From the NCBI GenBank assembly GCA_963784055.1, contig CAWAPY010000011.1:276069-340068 (forward strand): DNA of 64,000 bases. Reading direction: 5' to 3'. The notes under the pieces were generated by a model. The model worked only from the letters and a program-made list of their open reading frames with translations. It was not told the DNA's origin and ran no database searches. Shown here piece after piece: positions 39,350 through 48,853 of the stretch (its first letter is position 1; every line of letters begins with the position of its first letter). A program made the translations under genes and the position numbers. This DNA comes from an uncultured Actinomycetota bacterium. Lineage in GTDB: Bacteria > Actinomycetota > UBA4738 > HRBIN12.

Positions 39350-40325
39350 TCACGACGTCGAGACGGGCTCGACGTCGTCGGGGATCGGGTCCCCACGGGC
39401 GGGCGTCGTCGCACCGGGTGGCTTGGACGCGGCCCAGACGATCAGGAACCCCACCGAGAAGATGGCGACCGTGAGCGCCGTCCACTGGGACCCGGTGAAG
39501 GGTCCGAAGCGCTTGTCGATCCGGAGCGAGTCCTCGAGCAGCCGGATGCAGCCGTACGACAGCGCGAACACCAGCGTGGCGACACCCTCCCGGCGCGGCG
39601 AGCCGATGAACCACCACAGGAACGCGAACAGAACGCCGGCCAGCAGCATGTCGTAGAGGGCCGTCTGATGGACGCCGATCCCGCGCGCGATGACCTCGCC
39701 TCCCTCGCGGAGGACCGCCATGCGTCCGATCGATCGTTTGGGTGAAGGTGCCCTGCAGCGCCGCGGTGCATCCACCGCCGGTGCCGGCGGTCTCCGGCAT
39801 GCAGGAGAACGGTGGGGCGAGCGTGCCACCCTCGTACGTCCAGGCGAGCAGCCACGACGTCGGCTTGCCCAGGTGGTCGCCGATGATCAGGTCGCCGATC
39901 CGACCCACCGAGATGCCGAGCGCGAGCCCTGGCACGATCGCGTCGGCGATCTGGAAGAACCGGAAGCGGTACGCCTGACGCTTGATGTTGACCGCGTTCG
40001 CGATCGTGGCCCCGGTGATGCCACCGAGCAGCGAGATCCCGCCTTTCCAGATCTGGACCCATTCGAGGGGGCTCTCGAACTCGGAGACGTGCGCGATCAC
40101 GTAGGCGACACGCGCGCCGACCACGGCCCCGATCAGCGACCAGAACACGACGGAGTTCGCGGCCTCCACCGGGACGCCCCGACGGACCGCGAGCTTCGTG
40201 AAGAGCCAGGCACCCACCATGAAGCCGACGGCGATACCGAGCCCGTGCGGGGAGATCGCGATCGAGTCGCCGAAGCGGAAACGGTCGAGGACGGGCCAGC
40301 CGACGGACGCGAGGGAGGCGGGCAT
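39350..40325 (-). pseudogene. lgt: prolipoprotein diacylglyceryl transferase, one frame break
   Basis: The N-terminal part is ORF 39252..40325: ISPHGLGIAVGFMVGAWL...IWKGGISLLGG...VGRIGDLIIGDHLGKPT. The C-terminal part is ORF 39350..39829: VHQTALYDMLLAGVLFAFLWW...LVFALSYGCIRLLEDSLR. Deleting one c in acgcatg (about 39722) joins them as ...TIDRTMAVLREGG... Confidence 0.88.
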
Positions 40326-40334
40326 CGACGAAGT

Positions 40335-40949
40335 CTATCGAGGGCCTGTTCGGCCGCGGAGACGGCCGGCACGTGGCCACAGCCTGGCGACCGCTCGGCC
40401 GAACAGGAAGCCACTCGCAACGTCGCTCGGGTAGTGGACGCCGAGCACGATACGGGACGCGGCGACCGACGCGTCCAGGCCCGTGAGCGCCGCGCGCCCG
40501 GTGGCGCCGATGCCGAGCTCGCGCGCCGCGACCCGCGTGAACGTGGTGAGGACCGCCGGATGGCTGGAGGGCCACGACGTCCCGTGGGGCTCCGCGATCA
40601 TCCGGCGGGTCCCCTCCGGGTTCGAGTGGAACGGGCGGGGCCGATCCACGACCCGCTTCAACCCCTGGAGGAGGAGCCAGGTGGCGCCCGCGCCCGCCAG
40701 GGCGCGGGCGCCCTCGCGGCGGCGGCCGGCGAGCGCGAGCGCGCCGGCCGCCGCCCCGGCCGCGTACAGCGATCCCAGCTCGGTGACCCCTCCGAAGAAG
40801 CGGTCCGCGCGCTCGCCGTGCTCCGCGTTCACCGCCGCGAACAGGTCCTCGTCGAACTTCCGCCCGTCCTCGGTGCGGAGGGCGGCGTGCCCGATCAGGG
40901 CCCCCCCTGCGGCCAGCAGCGCCGCCCACGCGATCCGTCCCGGCTTCAT
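40335..40949 (-). CDS. PAP2-family phosphatase (membrane)
   Basis: Track ORF 40335..41009, with start taken at MKPGRIAW. Motifs KRVVDRPRP, WPSSH and SRIVLGVHYPSDV. Its stop is 9 nt from the lgt start. Confidence 0.8.
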   Translation of the reverse strand: MKPGRIAWAALLAAGGALIGHAALRTEDGRKFDEDLFAAVNAEHGERADRFFGGVTELGSLYAAGAAAGALALAGRRREGARALAGAGATWLLLQGLKRVVDRPRPFHSNPEGTRRMIAEPHGTSWPSSHPAVLTTFTRVAARELGIGATGRAALTGLDASVAASRIVLGVHYPSDVASGFLFGRAVARLWPRAGRLRGRTGPR

Positions 40950-41011
40950 CGGCCGCCCATCATGCGACAATCGTCCACGTCCCGAACGACCGGGGAGGAC
41001 CGACACCACCC

Positions 41012-41308
41012 GTGCGACGCGAACCGGATGATCCGAACGATGCGGTCCAGGAGGGGAAGCCCTCCTTCGACTATCGGCGTGAGGGCTTGGGGGGCAAGGC
41101 GACCGGGCTCATCGTCGCCGGGGTCCTCCTGCTGATCTTCTTCCTCCAGAACCTCGACGCCGCGAACATCGACTTCCTCTTCTGGGACTGGGACGTGGCG
41201 ATCGCGCTGGCGATCGGTATCGCGGCGGTGCTCGGCTTCGTCCTCGGGTGGGGGTTCGCGTGGATCCGGAGACGAGCCAAGAGAGACCGGGGACCCGCGA
41301 GGGACTAG
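41012..41308 (+). CDS. LapA/DUF1049-like small membrane protein
   Basis: Track ORF, 98 aa: LIVAGVLLLIFFLQNLDAANIDFLFWDWDVAIALAIGIAAVLGFVLGWGFAWIRRR. Confidence 0.6.
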   Translation: MRREPDDPNDAVQEGKPSFDYRREGLGGKATGLIVAGVLLLIFFLQNLDAANIDFLFWDWDVAIALAIGIAAVLGFVLGWGFAWIRRRAKRDRGPARD

Positions 41309-41745
41309 CCGCCTTCGATCTGCCGCTTCTGACCGAGCGTCCCGTGCTTGATCCCCAGCTGCGCCCCGCCGACCGCGTTCAGGCCCGCGGCCACGAGCCT
41401 GCCGAGAGGTCCCCGGAACCGATACGTGACCTCGTGGCGGAGGAGGCTCCGGTCGCGTGGCAGCCGGGCGATCGAGGTCTCGATCGTCGCATCGAGGGGA
41501 CCACGCAGTCGGACGGTGGCATGGGAAGGGGGCTCCCAGCGGAGGATCTCGCCGCGGACCTTCACCCGCACGCCCATGAAGGCCATCACCACCGCATAGG
41601 TGGAATCCTCTTCGAGGCCTTCGTCGGGGACCTGCACGCTCACCACGTGCCGCTCCCAATGCGGGATGTTGGCGGGGTCGCTCACGACCTCCCAGACGCG
41701 CTCCGGCGACGCCTCGATCTCGACCGAGAACTCCGCGGTGCTCAT
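41305..41745 (-). CDS. SRPBCC (START/polyketide-cyclase-like) family protein
   Basis: Met 104 of track ORF 41305..42054: MSTAEFSVEIEASPERVWEVVSDPANIPHWERHVVSV... The start overlaps the upstream stop (ATGA). Confidence 0.75.
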   Translation of the reverse strand: MSTAEFSVEIEASPERVWEVVSDPANIPHWERHVVSVQVPDEGLEEDSTYAVVMAFMGVRVKVRGEILRWEPPSHATVRLRGPLDATIETSIARLPRDRSLLRHEVTYRFRGPLGRLVAAGLNAVGGAQLGIKHGTLGQKRQIEGG

Positions 41746-42689
41746 GCGACGTCGGCGCTGCCGCTCGACCAGCCGCGCCACCACACCGCGCGCGACGGCG
41801 CGAGCCGCACCAGGGCGCCGGCGTCGGGATCGATCTCCGTCGCGAGCTCGCGGGCGGTCTTGGCTCCGCTCCCGAGCTCGTCGAGCAGGTAGATCGACGC
41901 GGCGCCCTGCAGCATCGTGCCCACCATGTCCCGCGCGCGCCACGACGACGCCTCGTCCGCGGTGAGCGCCGCGGGGGCGTCGGGACCCGCGACCGCGAGC
42001 GCGAGGGTCTCGGCGGGGAGCGCGGCGTAGAGCGCGTGCTCGTCGGCCCGCCATCTCGCGGGAACCACGACGGGGCCGCGGTCTCCGATCAGCGTCAGGG
42101 CCCCTTCGCCGCTCCCACCGAGGGGCTGTCGCACCTCGCGGGGAAGCACGAGGAGCGGGTCGGGTCCCTTCGTCGATCGCCGGAACGTGCCGTGCGACGT
42201 CGACATCCCCGCCCAGCGGCTCCTCCCCTCCTGGACCCCTTCGGCGTCGACCAGCGCGGTACGCGCGAGCTCGATGCCGACGAAGACCCGACCCGGCGGT
42301 GCCCAGGCGAACGGCACCTGCTTGGCGTCGATCGCGTAGCCCGCGAAGAACCGTGCGTTCTTCCGGCTGAACGCAGCCGTCGCTCGAGCGATCGACGTGG
42401 CACCTGCCACCGCGTCACCCCACGTGTTCCGGTCGAGCGCGTCGTACAGCTTCGCCGTACCCGTGAACGCCACCGCCAGGTCCCCATGACGGACGAGCCC
42501 CGCAGCCGAAGGATCCGCTTTCCACGCGCGGGTCTTCACCGACCGCCGAGAGGTCGTGAACCAGAGCCGGCCGCCCGAGTACGCGAACACGAGCGGCGTG
42601 CAATGCGGACCGGTCGGCCCCGTGGTGGCTACGGCGCAGAACGAACCCTGCTCCAAGACGTTCTGTACCGCGGTGGAGAGGAAGCTCAT
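41742..42689 (-). CDS. pyridoxamine 5'-phosphate oxidase-like (split-barrel flavin/F420) family protein, two-domain
   Basis: Last 315 aa of track ORF 41742..43253: MSFLSTAVQNVLEQGSFCAVATTGPTGPHCTPLVFAYSGGRLWFTTSRRSVKTRAW..., plus a second similar half ending ...RAVWWRGW. Confidence 0.65.
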   Translation of the reverse strand: MSFLSTAVQNVLEQGSFCAVATTGPTGPHCTPLVFAYSGGRLWFTTSRRSVKTRAWKADPSAAGLVRHGDLAVAFTGTAKLYDALDRNTWGDAVAGATSIARATAAFSRKNARFFAGYAIDAKQVPFAWAPPGRVFVGIELARTALVDAEGVQEGRSRWAGMSTSHGTFRRSTKGPDPLLVLPREVRQPLGGSGEGALTLIGDRGPVVVPARWRADEHALYAALPAETLALAVAGPDAPAALTADEASSWRARDMVGTMLQGAASIYLLDELGSGAKTARELATEIDPDAGALVRLAPSRAVWWRGWSSGSADVA

Positions 42690-43300
42690 GAGGGCACCTT
42701 GCCACGCGCCGCCCGAGGCGGCCACAGGAGCATGAGGCTCGTCCACACCAGATGGCTCGCCACCGCAGCACCGACATCGCGGACCGATCCGAGCACGGTC
42801 CACACCGCACCGCCGACGACCGCGGCCGCGAGGATCGAGAGGTTCCGGAGGACGGCGTTGGCGGCGACGTATCCGAACCACGCCAGACCGGCACCGACCA
42901 CGACCGAGGTGATGTCCTGCAACTCCGGGAGCACGAGGCCACGCCAGAAAAGCTCTTCGCCGGGGATCGCGATCGCGAGGGTCAGCACCCAGACCGCCGT
43001 CCCGGGAACTTCCTCCGACCGTCCGTACACATCGCTCACCGACGAGGCGAACGAGGGGATCCGCTCCAGGAGGCTCGCCACCACCACCCGGGTCGCCCCG
43101 TACAGGGCGACGCCGGACCCGGCCCCGACCACGATCGACAGGAGGTCGGTGGGCCCAGGGGCGTGGACGAGCACGGCGGCGGTCCCCAGGATCGCGAACG
43201 TCAGCGAGGTGGCCGGCCAGAAGGACACTCGCCGAGCGGCGATCAACCACCACATCGCACCCTGCGCGAGCACCCCCGCCGCGACGACCGCGGCGGCCAT
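42686..43300 (-). CDS. CPBP (CAAX/Abi-type) intramembrane metalloprotease family protein
   Basis: Last 204 aa of track ORF 42686..44095. Hydrophobic throughout, with EELFWRG (motif 1) and a later His (VASHLVW). Confidence 0.78.
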   Translation of the reverse strand: MAAAVVAAGVLAQGAMWWLIAARRVSFWPATSLTFAILGTAAVLVHAPGPTDLLSIVVGAGSGVALYGATRVVVASLLERIPSFASSVSDVYGRSEEVPGTAVWVLTLAIAIPGEELFWRGLVLPELQDITSVVVGAGLAWFGYVAANAVLRNLSILAAAVVGGAVWTVLGSVRDVGAAVASHLVWTSLMLLWPPRAARGKVPS

Positions 43301-44095
43301 CACCTCGGCCCGAAGGACGTGTCGAGGAACCGCGTCTTCACGGCGACCTCGGCGGTGAACGCCGTCACGACCGCCAGGTAGTAGAAGCCCGTGGCCGACT
43401 GCACGGCCGACGCCCGTTCGCCCTTCAGGACGGCTCGGATGAACCCGGCGATCAGGGCGGTCGCCGCCACCATCCCCAGGGCGATCCACGGCGCCAGCGC
43501 CCCCACCGTGAGCAGCGGATTGATCGCGGTCGAGGTCTCCACCCCGCCGAATCCGCCGCTGATCACCGCCGCCGCGGCCAGGATGACGGAGACCAACAGG
43601 ATCGTGGTCATGCGGTCGATCGGACGACGAGACAGCTTCCGATCGGTGAGGTACCAGTGGCCGAGGAGGAGGCCGTCCGTGGAGGCGCCCAGGAGGGCGG
43701 CGCCGGCCGCGAGCTGGAACACGGCGAGGCCGAAGGACTGGCGACCGGCGCCGCCCATCCACACGAGCACGGCGAGCCATGCGGGCACGCTCAGCCACCC
43801 GACGACGCGGGCGACGACGGGCTGCCGGAGGAACAGCAGCGCGGTCCAGAGCACGGTCCCCGCACCCGCCACGACCGTCGTCGCTCGCACGACGTCTCCC
43901 GACGGGAACCGGTCCGACGACGGCTGCATCGACGGACAGCCACGTGAGGATCGCGAGCACCGTCAGGATCGCGCCGAGGAGCTTGAAGAAGCCGGGCTTC
44001 ACCTCGGTCCAGAGCGGGCCGACCCAGAGGAACACCGACGCGCCGGTCACCGCCTCGGCCAGGACCAGTGCCATGACGCCCGCGACCCCGGTCAC
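43300..44095 (-). pseudogene. polytopic membrane protein of unknown function, one frame break
   Basis: The N-terminus comes from ORF 42686..44095 (MTGVAGVMALVLAEAVTGASVFLWVGPLWTEVKPGFFKLLGAILTVLAILTWLSVDA). The remainder comes from ORF 43300..43929 (...WTALLFLRQP...LGHWYLTDRKLSRRPIDRM...). The frame changes near 43925. Confidence 0.5.
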
Positions 44096-44170
44096 GATCC
44101 GCCCGTCCGCATCGCGCGGAGTCTAGCGGCGCTCCTGCGTTGGACCGGCTCGCGGGTAGGCTCCCACGTC

Positions 44171-44965
44171 GTGGACGACTGGCGCACGTACGACACCGTC
44201 GCGGAGCTCTACGGCCGCGTGCATGCACCTCGATTCGCGGAGGCGGCGCAGGACCTCGTGCGGGCTCTCGAGGTCGTGGAGGGCGACCGCGTGCTGGATG
44301 TCGGTACGGGGAACGGCGTCGGCGTCGAGGCCGCCTCGAACGTCGGCGCCACCGCCGTCGGCGTCGACCGATCGCTGGCGATGCTCGCCGTGGGGCATCG
44401 GGACCATCCGTCGCTCCCCTTGCTCGCCGGACAGGTGGTGGACCTCCCCTTCCGCGACAGGACGTTCGACGTCGTGATGGGGAACTTCGTCCTTGCGCAC
44501 TTCGTGAAGGTGGAGACGGCGTTGTTCGACGTGCGCCGCGTGCTGCGACCGGACGGGAGGGTGGGCTTCACGGCGTGGGCCGACGGGAAGGACGCGTTCC
44601 AGGACGCGTGGCTCGAACTCGTGGAGAACGTGGTGCCGCGGGACATGCTGGCACCGGCCTATTCGGCCGCCGCCCCCGGCCACGAACGCCTCAAGCATCC
44701 CGAGGCGATCGTGGAGACCCTCCGCCAAGCGGGGTTCCGCCGCGTCCGGACCGAGCGGAAGCGCTACCAGTGGACCTACGCGCGGGACGAGTTCGTGGAA
44801 GGGCTCGGCACGTGGACCGTGGGCCGCTTCGTCCGCAAGATGCTCGGCGAGAGCGGGTGGGCTTCGCTGATGGAGCGCACCCGCACGGTGTTCGCGGATC
44901 GCTTCCCGGATCCGCTGAACGACTTCCGAGACGTGATCGTCGCGGTCGGCGCCCTCCCGGGCTGA
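44171..44965 (+). CDS. class I SAM-dependent methyltransferase
   Basis: In-frame tail of track ORF 43391..44965 from GTG 44171. SAM motif I VLDVGTGNGVG, plus FDVVMGNFVLAHF and VLRPDGRVGF. Confidence 0.85.
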   Translation: MDDWRTYDTVAELYGRVHAPRFAEAAQDLVRALEVVEGDRVLDVGTGNGVGVEAASNVGATAVGVDRSLAMLAVGHRDHPSLPLLAGQVVDLPFRDRTFDVVMGNFVLAHFVKVETALFDVRRVLRPDGRVGFTAWADGKDAFQDAWLELVENVVPRDMLAPAYSAAAPGHERLKHPEAIVETLRQAGFRRVRTERKRYQWTYARDEFVEGLGTWTVGRFVRKMLGESGWASLMERTRTVFADRFPDPLNDFRDVIVAVGALPG

Positions 44966-44967
44966 GC

Positions 44968-45687
44968 TCAGCTGAGATCGAGAACCCGGAACTCCTCGGC
45001 GTGCTGGACGCCGATCTTCTCCCCCGCCTCGACCGCGTCCTTCCCGAGGAACTCCTCGAAGAAGCGGATCCCCTCCTCGAGCTGGCTGGCGTGCTTCGCG
45101 AGGGCGTCCACCTTCGTCGCGAGGAAGCCGGTGATGTCCTCCACGTGGTTCGGTTCGTGCGTCCACCCGAGCCAGATGTCGAACACGTCCTGCACCCGCA
45201 GGTCGCCCAGCTGCTCGGGGAAGAAGTGCGGGTTGCCGCTTCCGGGGTAGGAGGCATCGAGGGCGACGAAGCCCGAGACGCGATGGTCCGAGTGGTTGTA
45301 GTACCGGTTCTCGAAGAAGACGGTGGTCGGATCACAGGCGACCACGGTCTCGGCCCTGACCTCCCGGATCCGGCGGACGACCCCTTCGCGTACCTCCTCC
45401 ACGTTCTCGAGCTCGCTGTCGTGGACCGACCCGACCCGGACGCTCGCGAGGCCGAGGACCCGCGCGGCTTCCTCGGTCTCCCGCAGCCGCGTCGCCGCCA
45501 GCTCGGCTCGATCCAGCTCCTGGTCCTGCGAGCCGCGATCGCCGTTGGTGAGGATCAGCAGGTGCACCTCGCGCCCGGCGGCGGCCCACTTCGCCAGGGC
45601 GCCGCCCGCGCAGATCTCCGCGTCGTCGGGGTGGGCGAAGACGCCGAGGACCGGCCCCGTCCGCGGCGCCGACTCGCCCTGGCTCAC
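44968..45687 (-). CDS. PIG-L/LmbE family deacetylase
   Basis: Last 239 aa of track ORF 44968..46626 from GTG 45687: VLGVFAHPDDAEICAGGALAKW...LTNGDRGS...YNHSDHRVSG...LAKHASQL. The start overlaps the pepA stop (GTGA). Confidence 0.85.
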   Translation of the reverse strand: MSQGESAPRTGPVLGVFAHPDDAEICAGGALAKWAAAGREVHLLILTNGDRGSQDQELDRAELAATRLRETEEAARVLGLASVRVGSVHDSELENVEEVREGVVRRIREVRAETVVACDPTTVFFENRYYNHSDHRVSGFVALDASYPGSGNPHFFPEQLGDLRVQDVFDIWLGWTHEPNHVEDITGFLATKVDALAKHASQLEEGIRFFEEFLGKDAVEAGEKIGVQHAEEFRVLDLS

Positions 45688-47154
45688 GCCGCTCGGTCGA
45701 GCACGAACCGGACGAGCGCGCGGACGGGGACGCCCGTCGCGCCCTTCGGACCGAGGTCGTTGCCCTTCTCGGAGAAGGCCGGGCCGGCGATGTCGAGGTG
45801 CACCCAGGGAACATCGCCCACGAACTCCGCGAGGAACCACGCGGCCGTGATCGCCCCGCCCCATCGATCGCCGATGTTCTTGATGTCGGCGATGTTGGAG
45901 TCGATCAGTCGGCGGTACTCCTCGTGGAGCGGGAGCGGCCAGATCCAGTCGCCGGTCGAGCGACCCGCCTGCACGATCTCGTCCACGAGTGCTTCGTCGT
46001 TGCCCATCGCGCCCGTGATGTCCGTGCCGAGCGCGACCATGCACGCGCCGGTGAGCGTCGCGGTGTCGATGATGCACGCCGGCTTCTTCTCGGCGAGCAG
46101 CGCGAGGGCGTCGGCGAGGATCAGCCGTCCCTCGGCGTCGGTGTTCAGAACCTCCGAGGTCTTGCCCCCGTAGTGGCGGATCACGTCGCCGGGCTTCTGC
46201 GCCGCGCCGCCCGGCATGTTCTCCGCCGACGGGATCGCCGCGACGATGTTGATCTTCGGCTTCAGGCGCGCGATCGCCTTCATCGTGGCGAGGATCGACG
46301 CCGCGCCGCCCATGTCGATCTTCATGGTCTCCATGCCCTTCGCGTCCTTGATCGACAGACCGCCGGAGTCGAAGGCGATCCCCTTGCCGGTCAGGGCGAT
46401 CGGGGTGGAGGCGCCGTCTCCCTTGTACGTCAGCTCGATCAGGCGCGGCGGGTTCACGCTCCCCTGCCCCACGCCGAGGATCCCTCCGAACCCCCGCTTC
46501 TTCAGCTCGGCCTCCGTCCATACCTTGCAGGTGAGCCCTTCCGCCTTCGCCATCGCCTGCGCCTCCCGGGCGAGCGCGGCGGGAGGGAGGTCGCCGGCGG
46601 GGGTGTTCACGAGATCGCGCGCCCACGAAACCGCGTCCACGAGGACCTCGGCGCGGCGGGCGGCCTGCCGGCCCGCCTTCGCGTCGGCCTTGCCGGTCCC
46701 GACCAGGGTGACCTTCTTGAGCGGGGTGTGCTCATTCTTCGACTTGTACCGGTCGAAGCGGTAGCCGCCCAGTCCGAGCCCTTCCGCGGCGGCCTGGACC
46801 AGGTCCCCGGTCTCGCCCTTCACCGCTTGCGGGAACGTCGTTGCCGCGTGCCCGAACCGGCCGACCGAGGAGGCTGCCCGGCCCAGCGCCTTCCGCATCG
46901 CGGCGGCGTCGAAGGTCACGGCGCTCACCCACGCCGTGGAGCAGCACGGCGCCGGCGGCGAAGCGATCGCCGTTGCGCTTCGTGACCAGGAGGGACTCAC
47001 CCTTCTTCCCGGTGAGCTTCGCGTCCTTGTACGCCTGCTGGAGACCGGTCTCCTTGACACCGGGACCGAACTCCGGCCCCTGGAAGACCGGCAGGATCAG
47101 GACCCCCGCCTTCACCTCCGCCGGTGCATCCGTGGAGAACGAGAACGTGGTCAC
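45684..47154 (-). pseudogene. pepA: leucyl aminopeptidase (M17), one frame break
   Basis: The N-terminus is ORF 46732..47154 (MTTFSFSTDAPAEVKAGVLILPVF...LLVTKRNGDRFAAGAVLLHGVG). The remainder is ORF 45684..47060 (VTFDAAAMRKALG...VNTPAGDL...GKGIAFDSGGLSIK...NTDAEGRLILADAL...ATLTGA). The frame changes near 46925-46945. Confidence 0.9.
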
Positions 47155-47240
47155 AGCGTGCAGCCTCCTTCGTCAGGCCTAGAGCAGAAGCGGCAGTGTA
47201 GCCAGCGAACGCAACAGGGGACATCGGTACCCTGACGCCC

Positions 47241-47738
47241 GTGAAGACCCTCGACATCCGGGACCTGGTGGCGTTCTCCGACGACGAGCCGCGGCGACGG
47301 ACGCTGTTGGAGGGAGCGCACCTCTGGTCCGAGGTGATCTGCCTCCAAGGGTCGCAGGGCATCGGGCCGGTCCGCGACGACGGCGCGGACGGGATCCTCG
47401 TGGTGCTCGCGGGCGAGGTGGCGACGCAGGTCGGGAAGGGGCGGGCTCGGATGAAACAGTGGGAGGCCGTCGACGTGCCGGCCGGACAGGATCTGACGGT
47501 GCGCAACGCCTCCGAGGACCCCTCCGTCGTGCTGCTGGTGGTCGCGCCGCCCCCCGAGCGCATGAGGCGCGCCGGTCCTCAGACGGACGGCGAGGCTAGG
47601 CTTCCGCGATGGCGCGCGGGGCGGCGGTGGCGGCGACGCTGGCGACCGCCCGAGGTCCGCTCCCCGCGAGAGGCGTCGCCGCCACCGCCGCGGTCTTCTC
47701 ACCCGGTGGCGTGGCCTGGGACGACGACGGGATCGTGA
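47241..47738 (+). CDS. cupin-domain protein (3' extent uncertain)
   Basis: Track ORF, 165 aa (GTG start). The first ~110 aa look real (...HLWSEVICLQGSQGIGPVRDDGADGILVVLAGEVATQVG...VDVPAGQDLTVRNASEDPSVVLLVVAPP). The R/W/P-rich tail overlaps hutI by 130 nt and is probably not coding. Confidence 0.5.
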   Translation: MKTLDIRDLVAFSDDEPRRRTLLEGAHLWSEVICLQGSQGIGPVRDDGADGILVVLAGEVATQVGKGRARMKQWEAVDVPAGQDLTVRNASEDPSVVLLVVAPPPERMRRAGPQTDGEARLPRWRAGRRWRRRWRPPEVRSPREASPPPPRSSHPVAWPGTTTGS

Positions 47739-48853
47739 CGTTCGTCGGCGACGCGGACGACCTTCCGTCGGAGCCCGTGACGCTCGGCAGGGTCGACGAG
47801 GGAACGATCGTTCCGGGCTTCGTCGACTGCCACGTGCACCTGCCCTTCATCGGATGGCGCGCGGACGAGTTCGAGGCGCGCCTCGCCGGCGTCTCGTATC
47901 GGGACCTCCACGGACAGGAGGGCGGGATCTTCCGCTCCTCACGGATGCTCGCCGAGGCGAGCGACGACGAGGTGCTCGCGTTCTCAGACGCCCTCGCGCG
48001 AGAGATGGCCGCGCTTGGCACCACGGCGACCGAGCTGAAGAGCGGCTACGGGTTGTCGGTGGAGGCCGAGCTCCGTCAGCTCCGGCTCGCGAGAGGGCTC
48101 GCCGATGCCGCGCGCCAGACGTGCCGGGTCACGCTGCTCGCGTGCCACGCCGTGCCCGAGGGATCGTCACGCGAAGACTGGGTACGCGTCGCGTGCGACG
48201 AGCTGATCCCCACGGCCGCGGCCGAAGGGCTCGCGGACGCCGTCGACATCTACGTCGAGGACATCGCGTTCTCGCTCGAGGACCTCGAGCGGGTGGGCGC
48301 GGCGGCCTCGGCCACCGGGTTGCCGCTCCGGGTGCACGCCGATCAGCTCGGGCCGAGCGGGGCGGCGGAGGCCGCCGCCGCGCTGGGCGCGCGGAGCGCG
48401 GACCACCTGAACCACGTGAGCCCGGAGGGCATCGCAGCGCTGGGTCGTGGCGAGACCGCCGCGGTCCTGCTTCCCGCCTCCACGTTCACCCTCCGGGCGG
48501 CCCCGGCGCCCGTCGCTGCGCTCCGGGACGCCGGCGCCGCCCTCGCGATCGCCACCGATCTCAACCCGGGCACGTCGCCGATCTCCTCGATGCCCGAGAC
48601 GATCGCGTTCGCGTGTTCGCTCTACGGGATGACGCCCCTCGAGGCCCTGACCGCGGCCACCGCGAACCCCGCATGGGTGCTCGGGCTCGACGCGGATCTC
48701 GGCACGCTGGAGCCGGGCAAGCGCGCGGACCTGGTGGTGCTCGATGGTCCGTCGTTCGCCCACGTGCCGTACCGACCGGGCCACGATCCGGTCACGGCCA
48801 CGGTGATCGGCGGCGAGCCGGTCGACCGAGACGCTAGGCGAGCGGCCCGGTGA
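47609..48853 (+). CDS. hutI: imidazolonepropionase
   Basis: Track ORF, 414 aa. Motifs: GFVDCHVHLPF, SGYGL, VRVHADQL, ADHLNH, ATDLNPGTS, PGKRADLVVLD. An upstream in-frame TAG at 47597 fixes the start. Confidence 0.88.
   Translation: MARGAAVAATLATARGPLPARGVAATAAVFSPGGVAWDDDGIVTFVGDADDLPSEPVTLGRVDEGTIVPGFVDCHVHLPFIGWRADEFEARLAGVSYRDLHGQEGGIFRSSRMLAEASDDEVLAFSDALAREMAALGTTATELKSGYGLSVEAELRQLRLARGLADAARQTCRVTLLACHAVPEGSSREDWVRVACDELIPTAAAEGLADAVDIYVEDIAFSLEDLERVGAAASATGLPLRVHADQLGPSGAAEAAAALGARSADHLNHVSPEGIAALGRGETAAVLLPASTFTLRAAPAPVAALRDAGAALAIATDLNPGTSPISSMPETIAFACSLYGMTPLEALTAATANPAWVLGLDADLGTLEPGKRADLVVLDGPSFAHVPYRPGHDPVTATVIGGEPVDRDARRAAR

Noticed and set aside
47609-47738. Genuine 130-nt coding overlap between the cupin gene and hutI
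   Set aside because: The cupin ORF tail in this stretch is an R/W/P-rich low-complexity sequence, whereas the hutI frame is conserved. The cupin more likely ends earlier (undetected indel) or its tail is non-functional read-through.
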